Source of the DNA: Macrostomum hystrix
Lineage: Eukaryota > Animalia > Platyhelminthes
NCBI GenBank assembly: GCA_950097015.1
Contig: CATNEN010000038.1
Coordinates: 23,560,001-23,624,000, forward strand
DNA length: 64,000 bases
Direction: 5' to 3'
Of this stretch, positions 36,601-47,539 are shown piece by piece. Under the pieces are notes generated by a model, which did no database searches, was not told the DNA's origin, and saw only the letters and a list, made by a program, of their open reading frames with translations. Made by a program: the position numbers and the translations under genes. Numbering within the stretch: position 1 is the first letter of the stretch; the number at the start of each line of letters is the position of its first letter.

Positions 36601-37879
36601 CTGAAGCTTCAGGTGGGTTAGTAGCTGCTGTCCACTGAAGCTTCAGGTGGGTTAGTAGCTGCTGTCCACTGAAGCTTCAGGTGGGTTAGTAGCTGCTGTC
36701 CACTGAAGCTTCAGGTGGGTTAGTAGCTGCTGTCCACTGAAGCTTCAGGTGGGTTAGTAGCTGCTGTCCACTGAAGCTTCAGGTGGGTTAGTAGCTGCTG
36801 TCCACTGAAGCTTCAGGTGGGTTAGTAGCTGCTGTCCACTGAAGCTTCAGGTGGGTTAGTAGCTGCTGTCCACTGAAGCTTCAGGTGGGTTAGTAGCTGC
36901 TGTCCACTGAAGCTTCAGGTGGGTTAGTAGCTGCTGTCCACTGAAGCTTCAGGTGGGTTAGTAGCTGCTGTCCACTGAAGCTTCAGGTGGGTTAGTAGCT
37001 GCTGTCCACTGAAGCTTCAGGTGGGTTAGTAGCTGCTGTCCACTGAAGCTTCAGGTGGGTTAGTAGCTGCTGTCCACTGAAACTTCAGGTGGGTTAGTAG
37101 CTGCTGTCCACTGAAACTTCAGGTGGGTTAGTAGCTGCTGTCCACTGAAGCTTCAGGTGGGTTAGTAGCTGCTGTCCACTGAAGCTTCAGGTGGGTTAGT
37201 AGCTGCTGTCCACTGAAGCTTCAGGTGGGTTAGTAGCTGCTGTCCACTGAAGCTTCAGGTGGGTTAGTAGCTGCTGTCCACTGAAGCTTCAGGTGGGTTA
37301 GTAGCTGCTGTCCACTGAAGCTTCAGGTGGGTTAGTAGCTTCTGTCCACTGAAGCTTTAGGTGGGTTAGTAGCTGCTGTCCACTGAAGCTTCAGGTGGGT
37401 TAGTAGCTGCTGTCCACTGAAGCTTTAGGTGGGTTAGTAGCTTCTGTCCACTGAAGCTTCAGGTGGGTTAGTAGCTGCTGTCCACTGAAGCTTCAGGTAG
37501 GTTAGTAGCTGCTGTCCACTGAAGCTTCAGGTGGGTTAGTAGCTGCTGTCCACTGAAGCGTCTAGATGTACTATTTTAGACCAGTGAAGGTTCAGGAGTT
37601 ATCTCCAAATATCCGCTGAAGATTTAGTATCTAATGAGTAGACACCAGCCAAAACCAACTAACAAATTTCCTTCGCTGTTTCTCCCACCGAATCCGCAGC
37701 GCAAACTGGCCGAAGAATTCAGCCAGCGTCGGGCTCGGAAACACACCCGGACTATTGAGGACGGCGCTCTGGACAACATCATGTCGGACTTCAACCGCGG
37801 CGCACTTTTAGTCGACGACGGGCTTAGACGGCAGCGAAAGACAGCGGCGGTGAGCGTCGAACGAGTGGCTGCTCAGTGA
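15680..37879 (+). CDS. FMNL: Formin-like protein (FMNL/FRL family; GBD/FH3, FH1, FH2, DAD), 11 exons, about 1112 aa
   Basis: Exons 15680-16089, 17284-17364, 19200-19539, 22563-23038, 23763-24462, 25452-25841, 28473-28637, 30747-31022, 31839-32129, 32505-32534, 37700-37879; all GT-AG and in phase. Motifs: MGCSYS N-terminus, LENSLRTYSVQWLEQFL, TKTLVLELLAALC, poly-Pro FH1, LPLLNW and ILAIGNYLNSHKRGAVYGFRL (FH2), DGALDNIM plus a basic tail (DAD). Confidence 0.92.
16150..16325 (+). mobile_element. SINE family 1 copy with internal deletions
   Basis: Intact tRNA-like head (AGTGGTTAGAGCG...GGTTCGATTCCCG). The sequence then jumps from AAATGGGTA to GCAATAGCTGCGG. Confidence 0.8.
16715..17220. repeat. 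22-bp minisatellite (GAGTCACTGTGGTCTTGATCCT)n
   Basis: Formin intron 1. Confidence 0.92.
18075..18345 (-). mobile_element. Second tRNA-headed SINE-like element (family 2)
   Basis: B-box GAGTTCGATTCC on the minus strand, in a GC-rich island within an AT-rich intron. A diverged homologue lies at about 60075-60234. Confidence 0.55.
19700..22450. repeat. ~59/51-bp polypyrimidine satellite
   Basis: TTCTCTTAATCTTCCTTACCTTCTTCTCCTCCTCTTAATCCTCTTTCCCC.. units; almost no G over 2.7 kb. Formin intron 3. Confidence 0.95.
23160..23620. repeat. ~30-bp satellite (CAAACTCTTATCTAGRGTGAG...)n
   Basis: Formin intron 4; same family as 28695-30680. Confidence 0.9.
24067..24135 (+). repeat. CAG/CAA poly-Gln tract in formin exon 5
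   Basis: Coding trinucleotide repeat directly before the FH1 poly-Pro. Confidence 0.9.
24510..25370. repeat. 29-bp minisatellite (GAGATTTTGAGAATGATACCTAAGGGGAA)n
   Basis: Formin intron 5. Confidence 0.93.
25980..28365. repeat. 30-bp minisatellite (TTGTTTGAATCATCCCAGATCCTTAGATTT)n
   Basis: Formin intron 6. Confidence 0.96.
28695..30680. repeat. ~30-bp satellite (CAAACTCTATCTAGTGTGAGATTTAGGATTTT)n, interrupted at 29632-29883
   Basis: Formin intron 7. Confidence 0.93.
29632..29883 (-). mobile_element. LTR-like segment (29648-29883) plus PBS-like stub, inserted in an intronic satellite
   Basis: The minus strand reads TGTTGTG...CATAACA (TG..CA ends, 6/7 terminal inverted repeat), followed by A-TGGCGTC.... 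It is flanked by identical 83-bp direct repeats at 29549-29631 and 29884-29966. Confidence 0.65.
31095..31245 (-). mobile_element. Partial SINE family 1 copy, inverted relative to 31294-31590
   Basis: Reverse complement of the 3' body (31095-31160) and of the B-box (GAATCGAACCCCCGACCT, 31201-31218). Confidence 0.75.
31294..31590 (+). mobile_element. tRNA-derived CORE-like SINE (family 1), near full length
   Basis: A-box TGGCTAGAGCG, B-box GGTTCGATTCC, CORE-like centre ...CTTCAGTTCACCCAGCTGGCAAATGGGTACC, palindrome CAGTCCATGGACTG, ATT-rich tail. Homologous copies occur elsewhere in the window. Confidence 0.85.
32140..32420. repeat. ~39-bp tandem repeat (GGTCASTTGACCCCTGCCTACGAG...)
   Basis: Begins right after the formin exon 9 donor. 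Confidence 0.85.
32865..35318. repeat. 32-bp minisatellite (CAGTTTGAGCAGTCACAATTCTCCCAGATCCT)n
   Basis: Formin last intron. Confidence 0.96.
36103..37558. repeat. 34-bp minisatellite (GTGGGTTAGTAGCTGCTGTCCACTGAAGCTTCAG)n
   Basis: Formin last intron; internal palindrome CTGAAGCTTCAG. Confidence 0.96.
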
Positions 37880-38774
37880 AGCCAATTCTCTGCTTCTGCT
37901 GTATTTTTACTGTTTGCTGTTTTCCGAAGAAAATATTTGTTGAAAATTATTCGAATCCATAAACGACATTTTCTATATCAATGCAATAATCAAAAACAAA
38001 ATTTTTTTTTCTCTTTCTGAAAATCTACACATAATTTCACTTTCAAAAACTATGGTTGTCTTTTTTAGTAATAATTTTCTCAGTTTTTCTGTTTCTCCAT
38101 GCTTCACATCCTACTGAATTTGTTTTGCCAGTAGTATGTTGTGCAGTTTTTTGTGTCGCAGTTTTTTTATTACAAAACTTATCAATTAATAGTGTTAGAC
38201 TAGCAATGTTGTGTCTCATACACACTACTTTCCGTGACCTTTTCATGTAAGTAATATAAATTGCGTTTTTAATTTAATATCTATATTTTTGTTCACTTTT
38301 TGTAACAAAATCTGCTACAAATTTCCCTCCATTTCATTGTCGATCCGTGTGCCTATTTATATTAATATTTATCTATCTCTGTACATATATACCTTTATAA
38401 TTATCTGTTCATTAAAACACGAATTCAATTTTTGTATTTCACAAACTGCACAAAAATCGACACAAGGCTTCCAATTGTTGAAATTGAATCTGTGCAATTG
38501 TGTTTGTCTGTGCTTATATTTTTTATTCATGTTTATTTTCAGTGACTGGCAATGTCATTGATTCAGCTAGTTGGTCATTAAAATCGTTACCTCATTAACA
38601 AAAATTTAATTTTGAAAATTAAATGTTCTTTATGGCTATACATTTTTTGACCAATTCACCTCCTGATGTTAAGCTTCATTTTTTATTTAATCTTGACTTT
38701 TTTTCTGACCCACCGATCTAGTTTTTAGATTGATATAAAATTTTACAGGACGTTAATGTAATAATACAAATATT

Positions 38775-39110
38775 GAAGCTTGTGTACATGGAGTGAGGTG
38801 GGTGTTGTTAAAATGGGTGTATGTACATGGAGGGAGGTGGGTGTTAAAATGGGTGTATGTACATGGAGGGGTATTAAGAGGGGTATATGTGCATGGAGGG
38901 AGGTGGGTATAATTATTGAAGCTTGTGTACATGGAGTGAGGTGGGCGTTGTTAAAATGGGTGTATGTATATGGAGGGAGGTGGGTGTTAAATAGGGTGTA
39001 TGTACATAAAGGGTGGGTATTAAGAGGGGTGCTTGTACATGGAGGGAGGTAAGTGTAATTATTAAAGCTTGTGTACAGGGAGTGAGGGTAATTGAAGTGG
39101 TGGGTGGGTA
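38775..39110. repeat. Degenerate copy of the 37-bp GTACATGGAGTGAGGTGG repeat family
   Basis: Same unit as 41970-42272. Confidence 0.8.
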
Positions 39111-40524
39111 ATTGTGGGTAAGGTGGGTTAATTGTGGGTTAATTGTAGGTAAGTGAGGTTGGTAATTGAAGTCTGTGTACATTGGCTGCCCGTGTACAGC
39201 TGTTCAGTCCATGGACTGGGACGGAATGGCACGAACAATTGTACAACTTAGTGTGAACTAGGCACTAAAGAATTAAGTGCATTATCCAATAAAACAGTTT
39301 AATTTCCTTTTCGGCTGAGACTCTCAACCTCTCTGGACTTCGCTCGTTCAGAAGACCAACGCTATAAAATATGTCCCCAATTACCTTCCAAAGTCAATCA
39401 CAGTTTTATTCTTTTCCTAAAACTGTCAAATGTATTCCTATCGCGCTTTCTTTATCCATAAAACAGAGAATCGTTTCAAATTAAAATATGAAATTTGAAT
39501 AATCAATACACGTGTATTAATCTGCATAAAAGAACAAATTTGTTTCGTGATTGACCAGTTTAGTTTCAACTCGGCTAAACCTTTATTCAATATCTTTGTC
39601 CGCGGCTTGTAGAAAAGAACTTCTCTATTCCGAATATTCTTGCTGTGCCGTTTTCTTATTCGTTTATAAAGAAAGTTTTCAAGTATGTAAACATGTTTTA
39701 TTTTCGTTTTACTATTTGTAGTCTGCAACACGCTACTAACAGTAGAGATAAAAGGTAGAACAGAAAAAAACGTAGGTTTAAGTTTTACCGCGTGTCAATT
39801 CATTTGAGTTTTTTACTTTCAATAAATTCTATTCTTATTTAAATATGGAGTGAGAAGCTTTGATTTGAATATTATGTAAAGTTATTTGAATTATGATTTG
39901 AGTGAGAATTGGCACATTTTCTATTCTTAAATAACAATATAGTGTAGAACAGACTAATTTAATAAAGTTGAAGCGTTTTGTCTGTCTCTTTTGCGGTCAA
40001 AAGCTTGTAACTTTCGTCTTTGATTTCTCTTTTACCGAGTCACTCCGACTCAAATGACCAATTAAAGCGAAAGTCTGTGCTGTGCGAGCTGTGCGATTCT
40101 TGTCGAAGATACTGGTGACACGGCCAACTAATGTCTTGTCCAAGAAAGGCCAAGAAAGCTCGTATTTACGAGCGTATTTTTTTCATATGTAGGACGGTTC
40201 ATAAAGTAATTTTATAGTTGCTTTATATTAGCAAAGTCGCAAAAAACTCAGTTAGGACGGAGAGTTTGAAGAGAGATGTGCGCTCAGCGCTTGTGAAGTT
40301 AATCTAGATACTCCTATTATTACTCATTGAAAAATAGAGGATACTAAAGTAGAAAGTGCTTTAAGTACATTTAGTAATAAACGACAAAAATTTCAAAGTT
40401 TAATTAAAAAACGATTTAGCAGCACAAAATAACATTTATAAAAAATTAAATGAATGTTTAGTTTTCAATTCCGAAAGTATTAGGAATGAAAAGAAAGTAT
40501 CTGTCTAATCTGTTTCTTTAGGGT

Positions 40525-40750
40525 GTGAAGGTGGGGAATGCGCACATTTTGGAATAATGTGGGGGGCCGGAGAATGCGTACATTAGGGAGTGAGGTGGGG
40601 AGTCTGAGAATGCGTACATTAGGGAATGAGGTGGGGAGTCTGAGAAGGCGTACACTAGGGAGTGAGGTGGGGACTCTGAGAATGCGTGCATTAGGGAGTG
40701 GGGTGGGGAGCCGGAGAATGCGTACACTAGGGAGTGAGGTGGGGAGCCAG
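40525..40750. repeat. 36-bp G-rich tandem repeat downstream of the MAP10 stop
   Basis: GGGAGTGAGGTGGGGAGTCTGAGAATGCGTACATTA units. Confidence 0.85.
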
Positions 40751-40845
40751 CCATGCGCACCTCGGGGAATGAAGCGTTTTCGATATTTTGAGGAGCATAG
40801 GTAAAGATGGACACTGTGGAATGAGGTGTGCACTGAATCTCCATC

Positions 40846-42449
40846 TCAAATGTCAATACTGGTGCTGACAGAGGCGTGATCGCTCAGGCTGTCGTCCATC
40901 CAGCTGGGCTGATAGGAGCCCAACGAGCCGCTAGACAGCTGAGCAGCAAATCTTCGCTCGCTGTCCGTCATGTTGCCGCTGGCTTCACCGGCGCTGCCGC
41001 CGCCGACGGCCCTACCTGTCAGCGACACGTCAGGAGTAACCTGAGTGGCCTCGGAGTTAGCGGCTGCTTGCTGGCTTACGGGTGTTGCTGGCTGCTGCTG
41101 CTGGAAGCGTCTGTTTGATCGGTGCGCGGGGCTGCCAGCAAGGCCGCCGCTGTTAGCCGGCAGTGGCGGCTTCTGTGGCGAACTGGGAGCCGATGCTGAC
41201 GCGGTGACCTGCAAGTTGGAAGAAAGAAGAGTTTGGTTTGTCAACTAACTTGTTGCCTCTTGGTTCATTGGACCCAGTTTCCTACGACCCACTTCCTAAT
41301 GACCCACTTCCCAATGACCCACTTCCCAATGACCCACTTCCCAATGACCCACTTCCCAATGACCCACTTCCCAATGACCCACTTCCCAATGACCCACTTC
41401 CCAATGACCCACTTCCCAATGAGCCATGCACTTCCCTATGACCCACTTACATGTACCTATGACCTACATTTAAATGACCCACTTTCTCATGATCTGACCT
41501 GCCAATCCGATGACTCGTCGGCCCTGTAACTCGACAGAGGCGCTCGCTGATCATTTCTCTGTCCACGCCTTTGTACACCAGAAGTGATGTCACGATCATT
41601 GCCATTTTCATCTCCTCCACTGATGCTGGCTGTCGCAACGGAGTCCTCGGACCTCTGCAGGGCCAACGGTGGGACTGACGGTGGCACTGGAGGGTGTGGG
41701 GGCTTCTGCTGCTGCGAAGCTTCTATGGATGTCATCGAGGTGGCCGATGTAGCCAGGGTTGTCGTCTGCTGCGTCTCTTTCGGCGTTAAAAGTTGTCTAG
41801 GCTTTGCCTGCGGCTGCTGCCGCGACTGCTGCGGCGGCGGAGGTGGCGGCGGCGACGGCGGCGGCGGCGGCGGCGCAGGCGACTTTGACGACGGTTGCGG
41901 TCGAATCAGAGGAGCGCTTCTCTGCAGGGTAGTTTTGTCCTGAAATGCAACGTTCGATTGGTTAAAACAGTGTATGTACATAGAGTGAGGTGGTTGTTAA
42001 AATGGGGTGTATGTACATGGAGTGAGGTGGTTGTTAAAATGGGGTGTATGTACATGGAGTGAGGTGGTTGTTAAAATGGGGTGTATGTACATGGAGTGAG
42101 GAGGTTGTTAAAATGGGGTGTATGTACATGGAGTGAGGTGGTTGTTAAAATGGGGTGTATGTACATGGAGTGAGGAGGTTGTTAAAATGGGGTGTATGTA
42201 CATGGAGTGAGGTGTTTGTAAAAATGGGGTGTATTTACATGGAGTGAGGTGGTTGTTAAAATGGGGTGTATGTGGGTGTGGTGGGTGTGATTTGACGTGT
42301 GTACAAGTGGAGTGAGGTCTAAAACGAAACAGTCAACATTAAGAAAAATCGCGGCTCAATTTTCTAACCGATTTTAAACTTGATCGATTTCTTCCATTTG
42401 CGGCCGTTGCCGAGTGCCTAGAAGCTGTAGGAGGTTTCGAAAACTGCTC

Positions 42450-42480
<31 letters not shown>

Positions 42481-45400
42481 GGCGCCTGAGCCACCAGATC
42501 AGCCAAGGCGGCCGGATTTTGTCTGGCCAGCCGCCTCACACAAGTAGCCGTCAGGCCAAACTGCAGCTTCGTAGCCGGAGGTCCTCGATAGCGGGGCGCC
42601 TCCCGGATCCACGACCGACTGGGTGGCACCCCAGGCGGCGGCCGCGGCTGCGGAGTCTGTTTGCCGTCGTGCAGGCGTTTCAGAAATTCTTGCTCCGGTC
42701 TTGCGTATTCGATCGACGCTGGATCAGGATGATTGGCAGGCCGCAGTCTGACTAGGTTGGTCATCGAGACAGACCGGCCGAGGCGAATCCGGCGCAACTC
42801 GCTGTCCTCGCTGCCAACATCCTCGTCGTGGACGGCACGATCCCCGGCGCTTCGCCGGCGATGTCTGGCAGGCAAAGGTCTGGGCAAAAAGCGAAGCTGG
42901 AAGGTTGGGCGAAGGAAATCGATCATTCATCGATCAATCGATCAATAATTAGAGATGCAATTCTTAGAAACGTCACTCTGGATTCTTAAAAATATCGCTT
43001 TAGATTCTTAGAAACGACACTTTGGGTTTTTCGGAATTTCACTCACGATTCACGGAAAATTCAATCGATATTCTTAGAAATGTCACTCTTGGTTCTAAGA
43101 AATGTTATCGCAATTCTTAAAAACGCCACGCACGATTGTCGGAATTTCACTCGCGATTCTAAGGATTGTCACTCTAGGTTACTAGAAATGTCACTATTGG
43201 ATTCTTCCGAGCGTAAAATCGTCACTCTGATTTTTAGAAATTTCAACCTCGGTTCTTAGAAATGTCGCTCTGGATCAGAGAAGTGTAACTCTGATTTTTA
43301 GGAATGAATTCCAAATTCTTTCAAGACAGACGAATTCTAGATACTGTGAATCGAAATGTAACACATCCAAGAAGGCGGCCTCACCCTTCTAGACTGTCCT
43401 GTTCCGTCTCTTCGTGGCGCGCCAACTGACGGCGCTGCAGCTGCGGCGACATCATCAACAGCCTCGGCAGCGGTGGCGGCGGCTGCGGCTTCTCCGCCAC
43501 TCCAGGCCAGAAGCTCAGTTAGGAGGCCGTGCAGTAGCGGCATCCGGCCCTGTTGAATTTGGCGTCTAGTGAACAGCGCGGCAGCCGCTTCTGGCGGGCC
43601 CTGTGGAGAGGATGCCAACAGTGTCATTTTGTTTTTTTAACTAGCATATCATACATTTTAAATTAAACTCCTAACTGTACATTGGCTGCGCTCAAAACCA
43701 ACAGCCACCTCACTCCGAATGTACGCGACTGCATATCCTAACTGACCACCAACCCCGAGATTTTTACACCCACCCCACGACATGTGAACAAGACACTATC
43801 TAATCTAAACTTATTAGCTTCAAATTAACCCATTTCGATAGTAAAGCGATTTTCACTGCCTAAGAATTATTTAAACTGTTAATCTGTTAGCAGCGATTTG
43901 TATTTCATAATTTCCATGAAAACTCGCCTGCATCTGACGCTGAGTCAAACGGCGAACAACGTCAGCGTATTTCGCGTCCTCGACCTGCTTAGCTGCAATC
44001 GGTTGCTTTTTCTTTGCTAGCTGATTCTTCTGCTTTTGAGTCAGTTTCTGCTGCTGTTTTGCTGGCTTTTTTGTCTGATTAGGCTCGAATTTTCTTTGAT
44101 GACCTCGCTGCTGCTGCTGTTGCTGATTTGCTGCTTTTGTCCATGGAAGGCTACCACTTTTAGGCGTTTGTCTCGCTCTGAAATTTGGAAGGAAGTACTG
44201 TACCTCAGCTATATTCCTTAGAGATCTTATCCTTAGCTACGAGCACGGTCCTTAAATGTCTATGGGCGCACCTGCTGTTGTAGAACATTGGCGGCGGCTG
44301 CACAGGTCCGCAGCCGGCGTCCCGAAACACAGCCGCAGCCGCCAGAGCTTCGGCTTCGGCCGCCTCCGCCGCCGCCAACGCCAAGTCATTGATGTCGCCA
44401 AAGTCAGTGTCGGGCAGATGGTCAACAATTTCGTTGTCGAAATCGTCATCGTTGTCACTCTCGCCGACTACCTCCTCCAGCCAAGCGCTGTCATTGCCAT
44501 CGACTTTTTTAACCGGCGCCTCCAGCACTGGAAACGGATACTGAGTGCCACGATGCTGATTGCTTTCGGCCGAAGTCTGAGTCCCCGCCGCAGCGGTCGC
44601 TAGCGCTTCGTTAACTGCGGCCACCTGCGAAGAAATGTTTTTTGTCCTCAATTTACTTTGAAAATTGGTTATCTATAACAATATACTACTGCAAGTAGGT
44701 TAGCGCCAAACCTTTGAAGTTGCCGGCGTCCCGGAGGCGGGCGGAGCGGCGGGCAGGTGACCAGCCACGCTGGGTCCCAGGCTGGCTAATCGAACTTTAG
44801 CTGTCATGAGACCGATCTCGTGACCCATTAGACTTGATAAGCCGAATACTCCGCTAATTTCTCTAGATTTCAGAATTAATGAAAGTACATTTATTATCGA
44901 ACTAAAAGTACATTAATTATTGAGATAGAAGTACATAAAAAATACATAGTACATCTTAGGACTAAAAGTACTTATCTATTTGGATTAAATAGATCCAAAG
45001 TGCGAGTGGATCAGGATATGCTCTGTTGCGCTCTTTAAATTCCTATTGACGGCCCGAAGTCCCTAGACGCAATAACTACGAGTGTAAATACAAATTCAGG
45101 AACATTTTTATATTTGCACTTTGTCTTCAATTTATTTATTCAAGATCAAATTAAGTCTTGCAATCGCTAGAATTTAACAAATTAAAGTACAATTATCATC
45201 CAACGAACTAAAAGTACATCAAGTGTATGGAGCTCAAACCTGGCTACTGGAACGCCAATGCCGTGCTTAGCCTGATGCTGGAGCACCTCTTGAGCGATGC
45301 CATCCAATGCCAGAGTGCAAACCCCAGTCAGTTTTGGTGGCTGATGATAAGCGTCAACCAGGAAGACGTACAGAGGAACAGCGGCCAGGCATTTGGCCAG

Positions 45401-45712
45401 CCGCTCTGGTTGCATGCGAAACAGGGCCGATTTGCCGCGTCGAATACGCAAATTACCGTCGGAATCTTTCAGTTCATCGAGTTGAAATTTGCGCCTACCA
45501 CCGGCGGCTCGCTCGTGACTGGCGATGGCGCGTCGCAGACTGTTGGCTGAGGCGCCCTGCGGACATTCGCTCAGTCGCTGGGTGGCAAAGTCTAGCAGTT
45601 TGAATAGTGTGGCTGGGAATAAACAATCAGTGCTAGGGCTTAGACGAATGCGGTCGATGTAAAGTTCCACCGAGAACAGAGAATCCAGGCTTGATGATGG
45701 CGGGGAGGGCAT
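40846..45712 (-). CDS. MAP10: Microtubule-associated protein 10-like, 8 exons, about 924 aa
   Basis: Exons 45240-45712, 44712-44862, 44272-44624, 43928-44177, 43385-43600, 42369-42896, 41499-41939, 40846-41208 join in phase (one GC donor). The N-terminal LFSVELYI...FKLLDF...RGKSALF...LAAVPLYVFL, plus PPPMFY and PLLHGLLTEL, match motifs I recall for the MAP10 family. Confidence 0.75.
41285..41425. repeat. 15-bp repeat (ATGACCCACTTCCCA)n
   Basis: MAP10 last intron. Confidence 0.9.
41970..42272. repeat. 37-bp repeat (GTGTATGTACATGGAGTGAGGTGGTTGTTAAAATGGG)n
   Basis: MAP10 intron 6. Confidence 0.92.
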
Positions 45713-47539
45713 GTTCTTTTAGCTGGAAAAAAATTCGGTAGCTACTTTAATTCTATAAAACTTATATATAAAGTGGCTTGTTTCTATGGAACAAATGGTT
45801 GAATTGAACTATTTTAGTCAACTTTACCAGTAGTGTATTACTTTGAATAAATAGAACAAATATTATAAAATTTAAACCTAAATATTACACAAAATAATTA
45901 AACGTGTATCTTTAAAAATGACACACATGGAATCAGAGTACAAAATTCTAGAAATCATTTTTGGATACACAAAAATGAACCATAAAACATTCGTTAGCAA
46001 TGCATTAGATATTAAAATAAACGTAATAATAATATTATAAAATCAAATAAAAAAATAAACAGAGTTTATTACAAAAAGTCTTTAGGATACTTTTTTATTT
46101 CATCTAAATTTAATGAAAATTATTCATAAAAACAGTAAAAATTTAACTAGGTAAATAATAAAGAAAGGAATAAAAAATTATTCCATATAAAAACAAAATA
46201 AAACTTTTTAGTGACAATAATAATTATTTTCACTTATATTCTATATTTCTATCATTTAAAACTGTGACTTCTCCACATTGGTACACACAATACATTACAG
46301 CAACAAGTACATTAGTAAATTGTTTTGACAGTTCCTATTGTTATCCGAAATTTTATTGACAAGAGAGAATTATACCCAGAGACAGAGCAACGTGTTGTAG
46401 AATTTTCTTGATTTATCGAATAACAAGTAATAATAAGCTTATTCATTTTTTAATGCTGATCTACACAGACGAAATTCGCTTACTGTATTCTTCCAAAACT
46501 TTTTATTAAAGAGTACGTACAATCTTACTCGCTATACCGTTTATTTATTGCTGCAAAGACTGTAAGTTAAATGTGGCGTGGAAGCATTCTCAGCGAAATA
46601 ACAAAGGACAACTGAATCGTCACCGTTGTCACTCTCGCAAAGTACTAATATGCGACTCTTGCAAAGAATAAAAAGAAAAAACTAACATTTTTCACAAGAA
46701 GTTAACCATAGAGTTTTTAGTTCTAAATTGTTTTAGAACTATGAATTACTACGAGTAATGAATTATATATTACTTTAATTCTACGAGTATTAACGCCAAT
46801 GCTACGAAATTCAATCTGGAAGTCATGAAGTCCCAGGTCGTACACATAAAACAGAGAACAAACGCTTTGCAATTGCTCCATAAAACTATAAACTACTATA
46901 AAAACTAAGACTTTCGATTGTGACCAATTTCAAAATGAATTTTTTTGCTTTTAATCCCTTCCTAGGAACCTGGGTTACTGAACAGTAATAACTGCTAGTA
47001 TTTAGCTATCGCTGTGTGGAACTTAAATGATCTTACCCAACAAAACACACAGGCCTAAAATGCGCTAAAAAAGAGAAAAAACACACGCAAAACATGTATC
47101 ATATTATAATGGACAGGCAGAGAGAGTGTTAAGCAGAGAGAGAGGTACGCATGCAAAGAGGTAGGCATGCAGAAAGTTAGGCAGAGAGAGAGGTAGGCAG
47201 AGGAAGAGGTAGGTAGAGATAAGGAAGTAGGCTAAGAGAGGTAGGCAGAGAGGTAGGCAGAGGAGGTAGGGATCAGAGTGTGATCCAAAAAGAAAGAGAG
47301 TTATAGAGAAGGGGATTGTACCGCCTGGTATGGATATAGTTAAACAGTCAGTCTGAGTCTGCAAGTAGCATATGATTGTCTCAGTCGAGAATGAGAGAGA
47401 ATTCAAGCAGCGAATGGGGTGAGCTCGGGCTAGGAAATGGGAAGAAAATCTTAATATAAAGCTCTACCCGATGTAGGATTATAACTCAAGAACACTTGAG
47501 ATCCCGTTGTCACGCCACCGTCATATACAACGCTTGACA

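Noticed and set aside
36103-37558. CRISPR-like 34-bp palindromic repeats
   Set aside because: Units are head-to-tail with no spacers, there are no cas genes, and the context is a eukaryotic intron.
39990-40150. Short minus-strand open frame (about 50 codons) between formin and MAP10
   Set aside because: No clear start, splice context or recognisable motif.
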